Assembly: GCA_965201075.1 (NCBI GenBank)
Contig: CBDAVP010000004.1
Coordinates: forward strand, 186,001-250,000
Origin: Isosphaeraceae bacterium
Lineage (GTDB): Bacteria > Planctomycetota > Planctomycetia > Isosphaerales > Isosphaeraceae
Reading direction: 5' to 3'
Length of the DNA stretch: 64,000 nucleotides
Below, one piece after another: positions 10,596 through 20,348 of this stretch. The position numbers were made by a program, and so were the translations under genes. Position 1 is the first letter of the stretch. Every line of letters starts with the position of its first letter. The notes beneath the pieces were generated by a model that saw only the letters and a list, made by a program, of their open reading frames with translations, searched no databases and was not told the DNA's origin.

Positions 10596-12275
10596 ATGGC
10601 CCCAAGAACCCTCCGTCCGCTGCTCGCCGCCTGTTGTGCCTGGATCTTGACGGGCGCGGCCCCGCCGGAAGTCCCCTCCCCGACGATCGACCCCGAAGCG
10701 CTGCTGAAGCACATCCAGGTGCTCGCCTCCGACGCCTTCGAGGGTCGCGCCCCGGGCTCTCCAGGCGAGGACAAGACGGTCGCCTACCTCACCGAGCAGT
10801 TCCGCGAGTTCGGCCTGACGCCCGGCAACCCCGATGGGACCTTCGTTCAGGAGGTTCCCTTGCTGGGCTTCCGCACCAAGCCCTCGGGGGCGATCCGCGG
10901 CGAAGACGGTTTCGCCCTGAATCTGAAGACCCCCGACGACTGGATGGCGGTCTCCCGTCGGCAGGTCCCCGAGGCGTCGGTGGCGGGTTCCGAACTGCTC
11001 TTCGTCGGGTATGGGGCCGTGGCGCCGGAATACGGGTGGGACGACTTCAAGGGGGTCGATGTCCGGGGCAAGACGCTGGTGATGCTCGTGGGCGATCCAC
11101 CGGTCCCTGACCCCGACGACCTCTCAAAGCTCGACCCGACCCTGTTCGGCGGCCGGGCCATGACCTACTACGGCCGCTGGACCTACAAGTACGAGATCGC
11201 CGCCGAGAAAGGGGCCGCGGCGGTCTTGCTGGTCCACGAGGAAGGGCCGGCCGGCTACCCCTACCAGGTGGTCGTCGGCAGTTGGGGGCGGGAGAACTTC
11301 GAAATCCCCGCCCCCGACGGCAACGCCGGCCGAGCGGTGGCCGAATCCTGGATCACCCTGGACACCGCGAAGAAACTGCTCGCCGCCGCCGGCCACGACT
11401 TCGAGACCCTGAAACTCGCCGCGGCGACGCGAGAGTTCCGCCCTGTCCCGCTCCCCTTGAAGGGAGACTTCGCCGCAAGCAACACCCTGCGGCCGATCCG
11501 GTCGCGCAACGTGCTGGGGAGGCTCGAAGGCTCCGACCCCGATCTCAAGGGCGAAACCATCGTCTTCACCGCCCACTGGGACCATCTGGGCAAGGACGAC
11601 ACCCTGCCCGGCGACCAGATCTACAACGGCGCCGCCGACAACGCCTCGGGAGTGGCCGCCCTGCTGGAACTGGCCCGGGGTTTTGCCCATCAGTCGCACC
11701 AGCCGAAGCGTTCGCTCCTGTTCCTGGCGGTGACGGCGGAGGAGAAGGGACTTCTCGGATCAAAGTTTTACGCAACGCATCCGCTCTATCCGCTCGACCG
11801 GACGCTGGCTGACTTCAACATGGACGTAACGAACACCTGGGGCCTGACTCGCGACGTGGTCAGCGTTGGCCAGGGGCAATCGACGCTCGACGACCTGCTG
11901 GCCAAGGCCGCTGCGCGATCTGGACGGGTCGTCGCGCCCGACCCCGAGCCGGAAAAGGGGGGCTATTACCGATCCGACCACTTCGAGTTCGCCAAGGAAG
12001 GGGTGCCCAGCCTGAACCTCAAGGGGGGGACCGACTTCCTCGGCAAGCCAGCGGATTTCGGCATGGAGAAGCGTCGGCAATACACCCGCGATGACTACCA
12101 CAAGCCCAGCGATGAGGTAAAACCGGACTGGGACCTCTCCGGAGCCGCGGCCGACGTGGCCCTGCTGGGCGAGGTGGCCGCGCAGGTCGCCGAGGGGGGA
12201 CCGTATCCCACCTGGAAGCCATCGTCGGAGTTTCGCGCCCGCCGCGAGGCGATGCTCCGACGCTCCGAACGCTGA
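10596..12275 (+). CDS. M28 family metallopeptidase with PA domain, exported
   Basis: Signal peptide; AHWDHLG, NGAADNASG, AEEKGLLGS, RSDH, YHKPSD. Confidence 0.92.
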   Translation: MAPRTLRPLLAACCAWILTGAAPPEVPSPTIDPEALLKHIQVLASDAFEGRAPGSPGEDKTVAYLTEQFREFGLTPGNPDGTFVQEVPLLGFRTKPSGAIRGEDGFALNLKTPDDWMAVSRRQVPEASVAGSELLFVGYGAVAPEYGWDDFKGVDVRGKTLVMLVGDPPVPDPDDLSKLDPTLFGGRAMTYYGRWTYKYEIAAEKGAAAVLLVHEEGPAGYPYQVVVGSWGRENFEIPAPDGNAGRAVAESWITLDTAKKLLAAAGHDFETLKLAAATREFRPVPLPLKGDFAASNTLRPIRSRNVLGRLEGSDPDLKGETIVFTAHWDHLGKDDTLPGDQIYNGAADNASGVAALLELARGFAHQSHQPKRSLLFLAVTAEEKGLLGSKFYATHPLYPLDRTLADFNMDVTNTWGLTRDVVSVGQGQSTLDDLLAKAAARSGRVVAPDPEPEKGGYYRSDHFEFAKEGVPSLNLKGGTDFLGKPADFGMEKRRQYTRDDYHKPSDEVKPDWDLSGAAADVALLGEVAAQVAEGGPYPTWKPSSEFRARREAMLRRSER

Positions 12276-12485
12276 GGGGGCGCGGGCCGACATCCGCCTT
12301 GCGTCGATGGGGGGGTCGGGGTAATCTCCTGCGATCAGGGACCGCCCGCTCGATCGCCCGTTTTGCCGGGCCCGCCTCGGCCCCGCGTCTTTCCGCGCCG
12401 CCTGAACGCGGGACCGACCCCGAAACCTGGGCCTCGCGGGCCCTCGCGAATCCTCATCAAGACCCAACGGGTCGGGGAGATACGG

Positions 12486-12815
12486 ATGTCTCAGACGGCC
12501 ACCCGGCCACGCCCCGCCGAGGCGGACGCGCTGGAGCGCCTCTGCACGACCCTGCGCGGCAAGCTCCAGTTCATGGATTATCTGGTCCGCGCCGCCTCGG
12601 CCGACGTCGATCGCTTCCGCGACGAGGCCGACCCTGGCACGCGCATCTTCCTCCGCCAACTGGTGGAGATGCACGCCTCGAATCTCTCCGACGAGTGCGA
12701 GGACATGCGCCTGATGGGCGAGTTCTGCAGCGCTCTGGAGTCGGCCGTCGCCGGGCTCCCCGACACGGCCGACCGCCCCCCGGTCAATTCCTTCCGCGAC
12801 GGAGACCCCGCATGA
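12486..12815 (+). CDS. Hypothetical helical protein (109 aa), paralog of the next gene
   Basis: GGGGAG SD; host-like codon usage; gapless similarity to 12812-13177. Confidence 0.8.
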   Translation: MSQTATRPRPAEADALERLCTTLRGKLQFMDYLVRAASADVDRFRDEADPGTRIFLRQLVEMHASNLSDECEDMRLMGEFCSALESAVAGLPDTADRPPVNSFRDGDPA

Positions 12816-13177
12816 GCGCCTACGCCCACGCCCGGACCCCCGTCGCCGGCCCTCTTCCCACGACCGCGACCACCGCCCGAGACGAGATGCCGCCGCCCTC
12901 CGGCTCGGCCACGCCCCGCCCGGCGCCTCCGGAACTGTTCCGCACCCTGGCCGAGATCAAGGGGCAGGCCCAGTTCCTCCTATACCTGGCCGACCAGGTC
13001 GAGGACTCGCTCCACCAGCTTGCCACCGAGACCGACCCCGGCCACGGCGCCTTCCTCTGCAAAGTCCTGGCGATGTACTCCTCGCAACTAGAGAGCAAGC
13101 ACCAGGGGCTCGGCGACCGGATCTCCGAAGCCTGCCAGGAGGTCTACGTCACCGTCCGCGAGCACGACGCCTTCTGA
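12812..13177 (+). CDS. Hypothetical helical protein (121 aa), paralog of the previous gene
   Basis: GGAG SD, ATGA overlap; shares G..QF..YL, E.DPG...FL, M..S.L with 12486-12815. Confidence 0.8.
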   Translation: MSAYAHARTPVAGPLPTTATTARDEMPPPSGSATPRPAPPELFRTLAEIKGQAQFLLYLADQVEDSLHQLATETDPGHGAFLCKVLAMYSSQLESKHQGLGDRISEACQEVYVTVREHDAF

Positions 13178-13506
13178 CCAGACCAGACCGCACGCCCACG
13201 CCGCACACCGCCTGAGCCGGGTCCTACTCCATCGTCCTCGCAATCGGGGACTGGCTCCGACGGTACTCCGTCGGTGCCTTCTGACCAGACCGCACGCCAA
13301 CGCCGAACGCCCCACGCCCACGCCCACGCCGCCTGAGCCGGGTCCTACTCCATCGTCCTCGCAATCGGGGACTGGCTCCGACGGTACTCCGTCGGTGCCT
13401 TCTGACCAGACCAGACCCCACGCCCACGCCGCCTGAGCCGGGTCCTACTCCATCGTCCTCGCAATCGGGGACTGGCTCCGACGGTACTCCGTCGGTGCCT
13501 GTCCCC
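13173..13506. repeat. Three tandem units (107, 121, 100 bp) with an identical 72-bp core, ending in a 40-bp REP-like hairpin
   Basis: Core ccgcctgagccggg...ccgtcggtgcct at 13208-13279, 13329-13400, 13429-13500; full hairpin ggggactggctccgacgg-tact-ccgtcggtgcctgtcccc at 13467-13506. Confidence 0.95.
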
Positions 13507-13697
13507 CATTCCGGGGAGGGTGGGCGGCGCAAGGGGAACAAGGAACGGCCCTGCCCACGTGGCCGGGTCGATCCGATCTCCCGGCGGCGCCGGGGCCGGG
13601 AACGATTATGCTGGCGGGGGATGGCGAACGGCCCCCGACCCGGGGCGCTTCGACGCCTCAACTCCGCCCTCGACCGACCCCCGGAGCATCCCGGCCC

Positions 13698-15542
13698 ATG
13701 CAACGCCGCATCGCCTCCCTGGCCGCCCTCGGCCTGGCCCTGGCCTTCGTCCCGATCCCGCATTCCCCGGCCGACGAGGGGGAGAAGGTCCCCGACAAGC
13801 CGACGCCCGTCGCGGTCGTCGTTGACCTGACCCTCAAGGGCCAGATCAGCGAGGACCCCTCGCCGGTGGGGCTCGACGGTACGCCGATCTCCGACAACCT
13901 CCGCTCCCTGGCCGAAACCCTGGCCAAGGCCAAGACCGACGACAAGGTCAAGGGGCTGGTCCTGCGGCTGAGGAACCTCGGCATCGGCCAGGCCAAGGGA
14001 AACGAGCTGCGACGGGCCATCGTCGACTTCCGCGCCTCGGGCAAGAAGGCGTTCGCCGTGCTGGAGCTGGCCGGCAACGCCGATTATCTGGTGGCCACCG
14101 CCGCCGACGAGATCGTCCTGCCCGAAAGCGGCTTCCTGATGCTCAAGGGGACCGCCGCCCATATCACCTTCTACAAAGGGTTGTTCGACAAGCTCGGCCT
14201 CCAGGCCGACGCCATCCAGGTCGGCGAGTTCAAAGGGGCCGGCGAGCCCTACACCCGCACCGAGATGAGCCCCCCCTTCCGGGCCGAGATTGAGTCACTG
14301 GTGGGCGACTCCTACGCGATGCTCGCCGAGGCGATCGCCAAGCGCCAGGGGATCGCTCTCGACGAAGCCAAGAAGCTGATCGACGACGGGCCCTACATCC
14401 CGTCCGCCGCCAAGGCCGCCGGGCTGGTTAACCGCGTTGCCTACCCCGACCAGGTCGAGGCCGAGATCGCCAAGGGCCTGGGCGTGGCGTCGGTGAAACT
14501 GGAGCCGAAGTACGGCAAGAAGTCGCTCGACCCGTCCGAGTTCCAGGGCCTGGGCGGTTTCCTCAAGATGATGTCGGCCCTCTCCGGTGACGACCGCGCC
14601 AAGAAGGCCGGCTCCGGCAAGCCCAAGGTCGCCGTCCTGTACGCGGCGGGGATGATCCAGACGGGCAGGTCGTCGGCCGGCGGGCTGTTCGGCAACGACG
14701 CGGTGCTGGGCTCCGACACGCTGATCAAGCACCTGCGCGAGGCCGAGGCCGACCCGACGGTCAAGGCGATCGTCCTGAGGGTCGATTCCCCCGGCGGCAG
14801 CGCTCTGGCCAGCGACCTGATGTGGCGGGAGATCACCCGCATCGAGAAGCCGATCGTCGCCAGCATGTCGGACGTGGCGGCCTCCGGCGGCTACTACATC
14901 AGCATGGGCTGCGACCGCATCGTCGCCGAGCCCGGCACCTTGACCGGCTCGATCGGCGTGATCTCGATCAAGCTCCCGCTCGGCGGCCTGATGGACCGCA
15001 TCGGCGTGACGACCGAGACCGTCGCCGCCGGCAAGAACGGTGATTTCGACTCCCCCCTGCGCCCCTGGACCGACGCCGAGAAGGCCAGCCTCCGCAAGGT
15101 CTCCGAGGAGGTCTACCACCAGTTCGTCGCCAAGGCCGCGCAAGGCCGCAAGATGGAGTTCGCCGCGCTCGAAAAGCTGGCCGGGGGACGAGTCTACACC
15201 GGTCGACAGGCGCAGGCCGCCGGCCTCGTCGACGACCTCGGGACGCTGGACGACGCGATCGCCTCGGCCAAGAACCTCGCCGGGCTCGACCGGGACGCCG
15301 ACACCGAACTGCTGATCCTGCCCAAGGCCAAGGGGCTCTTGGAATCGTTCTTCGACCCCCTGGAAGGCCGGGACACCCGCGCCGGCGTGAACATCAACAT
15401 CAACGTCCTCGACGCAAACCCCTGGCTGGCCGCCCTGCCCGCCCCGGCCCGCGACGCCCTGGCCCGGGTCGCCCGACTGGCGAAGATCGCCGCCGAGGAG
15501 CCGGTCCTGCTGATGGCCCCGTTTGATGTCCAGATCCGCTGA
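13698..15542 (+). CDS. sppA: Signal peptide peptidase SppA (protease IV, long form)
   Basis: Signal peptide; two S49 domains; VGEFKGAGE, LRVDSPGGS, AASGGYY, TGSIGV, GGRVYTG. Confidence 0.93.
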   Translation: MQRRIASLAALGLALAFVPIPHSPADEGEKVPDKPTPVAVVVDLTLKGQISEDPSPVGLDGTPISDNLRSLAETLAKAKTDDKVKGLVLRLRNLGIGQAKGNELRRAIVDFRASGKKAFAVLELAGNADYLVATAADEIVLPESGFLMLKGTAAHITFYKGLFDKLGLQADAIQVGEFKGAGEPYTRTEMSPPFRAEIESLVGDSYAMLAEAIAKRQGIALDEAKKLIDDGPYIPSAAKAAGLVNRVAYPDQVEAEIAKGLGVASVKLEPKYGKKSLDPSEFQGLGGFLKMMSALSGDDRAKKAGSGKPKVAVLYAAGMIQTGRSSAGGLFGNDAVLGSDTLIKHLREAEADPTVKAIVLRVDSPGGSALASDLMWREITRIEKPIVASMSDVAASGGYYISMGCDRIVAEPGTLTGSIGVISIKLPLGGLMDRIGVTTETVAAGKNGDFDSPLRPWTDAEKASLRKVSEEVYHQFVAKAAQGRKMEFAALEKLAGGRVYTGRQAQAAGLVDDLGTLDDAIASAKNLAGLDRDADTELLILPKAKGLLESFFDPLEGRDTRAGVNININVLDANPWLAALPAPARDALARVARLAKIAAEEPVLLMAPFDVQIR

Positions 15543-15815
15543 CGCCCACGAGCCCGGGGCGCCCGCCAACCTGCAAAGGTCGGCGATTGTTCCCGGGTCG
15601 ATCAACGGCATCCAACTCTTGCGGCAGGTCCGCCGACTTTAGGCAAGAATGCGGACGAAAGGCGTTTCCGGATTGGCGGACCATGACGATCATTCCGGGC
15701 GAACATGGCCTCGACAAATCAAATACGATCGCGTGGCGTGGTTGCCAATGATAGGATATTCCGTTGATCGTAGAGTTGTCACACGACTCTCGGCCCCCGT
15801 CCCGAGCCGAAGGGC

Positions 15816-16817
15816 ATGACCATGCCCCCCCCCGCGAAACTTCCCATAGCACTATCATTCTTGACCATTCGCGATTTTCGCGGAATTGATCAGCTCGACC
15901 TAGATTTTTGCGGTCCCGATGGCCTGCCCAACCGCCTGGTGGTTCTCGCCGGTCCCAATGGCAGTGGAAAAACCGCTGTCCTCGAAGCGGCGATGATCTT
16001 GCTGGGCGGCTCCAAGTTGATCGTCGGTCCCCGCGGCCGGCGGGCAATCCGTAGGGGGGCCACACAGTATGAAATTCGAGCGGGGCTTCGGTTGGATGGC
16101 TCTCGGTTGGACGGCGAGGAGATCAAACTCCTCCACACCTCACGCTCACCCGCGCCGCCCACCGACCCCGACTTGCCGACTTGGTATTTTTCCTCCTGGC
16201 GTGCACCAAACCTGGTGGGAGCCGTGAACGTAACCGTCGGTAAGCCCGGCCGACGACCCGCCGAGAACGATCCGAATCGCCTTCTCAATGTGAAACAGCA
16301 GTTGGTCAATGCCGCAGCGGTCCAAAATTTCCCCGGTGCGAAGCAGCCGTTACTCAAAAGATACTCGCGTTGGATCGAACGCATCAATGAAGCTTGGGCG
16401 AAATTCTACCCCGGCCAAGCCGATCGATTTCAAGTCGGATTGGCCGATGACGATAACGACCAGGGCGAAGGCTCTTTCGACGTCTTCTTCGATCGTCCAA
16501 GCACTTATCCCCTCTCAGTGGACGAACTTAGCGCGGGTCAACTAGAACTATTCTTATTCCTAGCCGTCTTGGCCCTGAACGATGATCGCGAAGGTTTGGT
16601 CATCATTGATGAGCCCGAGTTGCATCTCGACCCGCAGTGGCATACACCGATCGTGCGAGCCCTGATGGACCTCCAACCGAACGCTCAGTTTCTCGTCGCA
16701 ACGCACTCACCGGAGATTTACGACGCCGCCCGTACTTACGAGCGTCACTTCCTCGTGCCCGAAGACGACCCTCGGGCCCGAGCTTGGCCGCTGGTCGGGG
16801 CTCGCACGGAGGCATAG
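15816..16817 (+). CDS. ABC-type ATPase (AAA_15/AAA_21-like), candidate defence ATPase
   Basis: IRDFRGI, Walker A GPNGSGKT, signature LSAGQ, Walker B/D-loop IIDEPELHLDP, H-loop ATHSP; visibly lower GC than flanks. Confidence 0.9.
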   Translation: MTMPPPAKLPIALSFLTIRDFRGIDQLDLDFCGPDGLPNRLVVLAGPNGSGKTAVLEAAMILLGGSKLIVGPRGRRAIRRGATQYEIRAGLRLDGSRLDGEEIKLLHTSRSPAPPTDPDLPTWYFSSWRAPNLVGAVNVTVGKPGRRPAENDPNRLLNVKQQLVNAAAVQNFPGAKQPLLKRYSRWIERINEAWAKFYPGQADRFQVGLADDDNDQGEGSFDVFFDRPSTYPLSVDELSAGQLELFLFLAVLALNDDREGLVIIDEPELHLDPQWHTPIVRALMDLQPNAQFLVATHSPEIYDAARTYERHFLVPEDDPRARAWPLVGARTEA

Positions 16818-16822
16818 CCTCG

Positions 16823-17686
16823 ATGCCTCGCGATGTCGCCAGGGATGCCCTCTACAATGGGCAAATCAACCTCTGGGTTGAAGACAAACTGACGCGAGAC
16901 TATCTCGGAACGATTTGGAATGACCCCGCCGTGAAGTTCCTGGTAGGAGGGGGCCGCGAGGGGATTGCGGCGATTCTCAAGGACGCCGAGGATGTTGGCT
17001 ACCATAATGTCTTCGGGCTCGTCGACCGAGACTTTGATCGGTCCAACTCCGATCTCTGGATGGTGCCCAGCCGAACCTTTCGTCGTTTTGTCCTGCCTCG
17101 CCACGAGATCGAAAACTATCTGCTCGATAGCCTAGCACTGGAAGGATGTCGATTCAACACACATCGGCGTACGATCGCGGAGATTGACGCGATCCTCGAT
17201 GCCGAAGCCACGCGTCGATGTTGGTGGGCGGCCTGCCGGAAGATCGTGGCCCGCATTCGCGACCGCTTCTTCGACCACTTCGTGACCCACCCGACGACGC
17301 CGCCGGTCGACTCCGAAGCCACGGCACGTGATCATATCGTCCAAAGCCGTTGGTTTCAGTCCCTGCCGGCAAAGACGTCGAAGCTATCCGAAGGGCGAGT
17401 GGATCGCCTCCTCAAGGCGGCCCACCGGGATGCCGAAGCAATGACCAGAGATGGGCGATGGCGGTCCGAATTTGCCGGAAAGGAGATCCTTCATGTAGTC
17501 GGGAACTACATTTTTCGGCGATTGCCCAGACAATCCGCCTATCACCCGACTACCACGCAATTCGATGCCGACCTCGCCAAGGAGGTCGCGGACTGGCAGG
17601 TCGCTCATGGGGCGATCCCGGACGAACTGACCGAATTACTCGCCGGGCTGAAGGCACGCGTTGCACCCCCTCCTCCGTCCGCTTAG
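16823..17686 (+). CDS. TOPRIM-like nuclease (DUF4435/AriB-like)
   Basis: GGAGG SD, 5 nt after the ATPase stop; LWVED, VGGG, GLVDRDFD, RHEIENYLL. Confidence 0.75.
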   Translation: MPRDVARDALYNGQINLWVEDKLTRDYLGTIWNDPAVKFLVGGGREGIAAILKDAEDVGYHNVFGLVDRDFDRSNSDLWMVPSRTFRRFVLPRHEIENYLLDSLALEGCRFNTHRRTIAEIDAILDAEATRRCWWAACRKIVARIRDRFFDHFVTHPTTPPVDSEATARDHIVQSRWFQSLPAKTSKLSEGRVDRLLKAAHRDAEAMTRDGRWRSEFAGKEILHVVGNYIFRRLPRQSAYHPTTTQFDADLAKEVADWQVAHGAIPDELTELLAGLKARVAPPPPSA

Positions 17687-17710
17687 ACTGGACGCATTCA
17701 GCCCCTATAC

Positions 17711-17941
17711 GTGAGGGATCGGAGGGCAACCTTCGTGAATTTGCCCACCGAATTCCACGATGGGGTCCAAACCAACGCGGACGACCTCCGCCTCGAATAT
17801 GATTTCATGCTCCTGCGAAATGGCGTCCGGGCGAAACACCTGGGCCGCTACCGGGGCGGGACGAACCTCGCCTTGCTCCGCCCCGAAATCCACACCGCTT
17901 TCCCAACGGATGAGGCGGCAACTGAGCCTTGCAGTCGCTGA
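17711..17941 (+). pseudogene. Degenerate small antitoxin-like gene (BrnT-partner type), homolog of 55549-55794
   Basis: DDLRLEYDF...GVRAKH..RYRGGTNLALLRPEIHTAFPTDEA; the expected EALQSLI tail continues in another frame at ~17925. Confidence 0.65.
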
Positions 17942-18000
17942 TCAGTGAGCGAAAGGGGATATCATCGCCGCGACGGATCCTGGGTTCGGGCCTGCCCGGT

Positions 18001-19044
18001 TCAACTCCTCTGGGTCGCCTCTTTCGGTCTTCGCAGGTGGTTCCTCAACGAGCCGATCGCCGCCATCTCCAGGGGGAAGTGCGGCTTCACCTCGGCGGCG
18101 CGGGCCAGGTCGGCTCTCATGCGTCGGCGGCCGGCCAGGGTCGGTAGTTGCTTCAGGGCGTCCCACTTGCCTTGCAGCAGCGGCAGCGGTCGGCCGCGCA
18201 GCGCCCGCCAGGCCGCCTGGATCAGCGTGAAACCGACGTGCGGGGCCAGCGCCGCCAGCAGCCAGCGGGTCGGCAGGTTTGACCAGAACAGAATCTCGCC
18301 GTTGCGTGAGACCCTGCGTTGCAACGAGGCTCGGCCGTGGTCGTAGCTGGCCGAGACGTCGTGCAGGATGCGGCAGTGCGGCGAGTAGACGCAATCGAAC
18401 CCCGCCCAGCGCAGGCGGAAGGCCAGGTCGACGTCCTCGTAGTAAGAGCCATACGACGGGTCGAATGGCGTGCCCACCACCTTCAAGGCTGAGGCCCGGT
18501 AGAAGGCGCTGGAGGCGCTGGCGCCGAAGACGCGTCCGGAGGGTTCGGCAGCCCAACGGTCGGCCGGCTCTCCGTGACCTCGCTTGTAGGGCCAGCCGGT
18601 CAGGGCGTAGCCGTCGCCGGCCGAGTCGACCCGCGACGGGTCCGAGCGGACCAGCACCAGAGGCGCCACCGAGCCCACCGATGGGTCGTGGAATGGGGCG
18701 ATTCCCGTTTCGATCCAGGCTTCGCGGACCTCGGTGTCGTTGTTCAAGAGTTGGACGAACTCGCCCCGGGCCGCCGCGACTCCGGCGTTGGCCGCGGCGC
18801 AGAAACCACCGTTGCGTTCCAGGCGGACGTGGCGGACCCACGGGTGAAACGCCGAGAGCCAGAAGGCCGTGGCATCCGTCGAGCAGTCGTCGGCGACGAT
18901 CACCTCGATAGGGATCGTCCGCGGGCGGTGCCTGGCGATGCTGGCCAGGCATGACTCCAGCAGGGCCAGGCCGTTGTAGGTCGGGATCACCACCGAGCAG
19001 ACCGGGCGGTCGTCGCCGCCTCCGGCCCCGGGCGTCTCGGTCAT
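18001..19044 (-). CDS. Glycosyltransferase family 2
   Basis: SVVIPTYNG, VADDCSTD, NGGFCAAANAG, LLNND, YYEDVD; ATGA overlap with upstream gene. Confidence 0.92.
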   Translation of the reverse strand: MTETPGAGGGDDRPVCSVVIPTYNGLALLESCLASIARHRPRTIPIEVIVADDCSTDATAFWLSAFHPWVRHVRLERNGGFCAAANAGVAAARGEFVQLLNNDTEVREAWIETGIAPFHDPSVGSVAPLVLVRSDPSRVDSAGDGYALTGWPYKRGHGEPADRWAAEPSGRVFGASASSAFYRASALKVVGTPFDPSYGSYYEDVDLAFRLRWAGFDCVYSPHCRILHDVSASYDHGRASLQRRVSRNGEILFWSNLPTRWLLAALAPHVGFTLIQAAWRALRGRPLPLLQGKWDALKQLPTLAGRRRMRADLARAAEVKPHFPLEMAAIGSLRNHLRRPKEATQRS

Positions 19045-20105
19045 GGGGCCTTCTTCCGGGCGACCGGATCGCCCCAGGTAGTCTTGCGGAAGGCGATATG
19101 CTGAATCGTCATGAACATGATCTTGAAATCGAGCCAGAACGACCAGCGGCGGATGTAGTCCAGGTCGTACTGGAGCCGCTTGCGCAAGGAAGTGCGTCCC
19201 CGCCAGCCGTGGACCTGGGCCCAGCCGGTCAAGCCGCAGGGGACCGCGTGTCGCAGGTCGTAATCGGGGATCTCGGCGCGGAACTGCACGACGAAGTTGG
19301 GCCGCTCGGGTCGGGGGCCGACGATGCTCAACTCGCCGACCAGAATGTTCCAGAGCTGGGGCAGTTCGTCGACGTTCCAGTGGCGCAGCCAGTCGCCCAC
19401 CCGGGTGCAGCGGGTGTCGTGGTCGGTGGCCCAAATTGGCCCGGTGGTCCCCTCGGCGTCGCGCCTCATGCTGCGGAACTTCCAGATCCGGAAGGGGCGG
19501 CCCCCCTGCCCGATCCGTTCCTGGGTATAAAAGATGGGCCGGCCATCGGTCAGCAGGATGGCCAGGGCCACGCCGAGGAAGACGGGGGACAGGATGACCA
19601 GCGCGGCCAGGGACAGGGCGAAGTCGGTCAGCCGCTTGGCCAGCCGTGCCCCCCGGAAGGGCCAGGGGTGGCGGTGCGGCACCTTGCCGGCCTGGGGCCT
19701 CGAGCTGATCCGCCTGGGCGGGGCGTCGGCGACCCAGTGGACCTGCACCTGCGAGGCCGCGTTCGAGACCAGGCCGGCCAGGCGAGCCCCCAGGCGGTCG
19801 GCCGGGCGCCCAGACAGGGCGACCATCAGGTGGGTGGCCCGGGAGCGGTCGACCAGTTCGGCCAGGCGGTCGATGCGTCCCAGGATCGGCACCGGCGCGC
19901 TACGGGGGTGGACCGCCAGTTGGCGGCCCCGTCCCGAGCGGTCGACGTACCCAACCACTGGTAGTCCCGACCACGGGGCCTCTTCCAGTCGCCCGGCCAG
20001 CCCCCTGAGGTGCCGACGGGCGCCCACGATCAAGACCCGGCCGTCTTCGGGAAGGTGCACGGGGCGTCGGGGTCGAGGCCCGGCCTGGTCGGCGTTTTCG
20101 CTCAT
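19041..20105 (-). CDS. Polyprenyl-phosphate sugar phosphotransferase (WcaJ/WbaP family), lacking the N-terminal TM bundle
   Basis: KRLTDFAL, KFRSM, DELPQLWNIL.GE.SIVGPRPE, GLTGWAQVHG, YDLDYI. Confidence 0.92.
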   Translation of the reverse strand: MSENADQAGPRPRRPVHLPEDGRVLIVGARRHLRGLAGRLEEAPWSGLPVVGYVDRSGRGRQLAVHPRSAPVPILGRIDRLAELVDRSRATHLMVALSGRPADRLGARLAGLVSNAASQVQVHWVADAPPRRISSRPQAGKVPHRHPWPFRGARLAKRLTDFALSLAALVILSPVFLGVALAILLTDGRPIFYTQERIGQGGRPFRIWKFRSMRRDAEGTTGPIWATDHDTRCTRVGDWLRHWNVDELPQLWNILVGELSIVGPRPERPNFVVQFRAEIPDYDLRHAVPCGLTGWAQVHGWRGRTSLRKRLQYDLDYIRRWSFWLDFKIMFMTIQHIAFRKTTWGDPVARKKAP

Positions 20106-20348
20106 GAGGTCTCCACCGATCCGTCGGTGTCCTGGCCGGGTCGCATGGGTCGAGGGGCCCTTGCCCGTCGCCGACGTCCCGGCTCGCCGTCCCTGGAGGC
20201 CCTGCCGTCCTGGCTGGCCCGCCTCGAAAAATCCTCAAGGTCTTCCATCGGCTCCGCCGACGTTGGATTCCACTGATTTCGAAAAAAACGCCTCCGGAGG
20301 GCGGCTCGCCCGGCGAATCCGGAACGATCCAGGGAGAGGGACGCCCCG

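Noticed and set aside
13173..13500. CRISPR array
   Set aside because: The 72-bp repeat is too long, the spacers are related low-complexity tracts rather than unique sequences, and no cas genes are present
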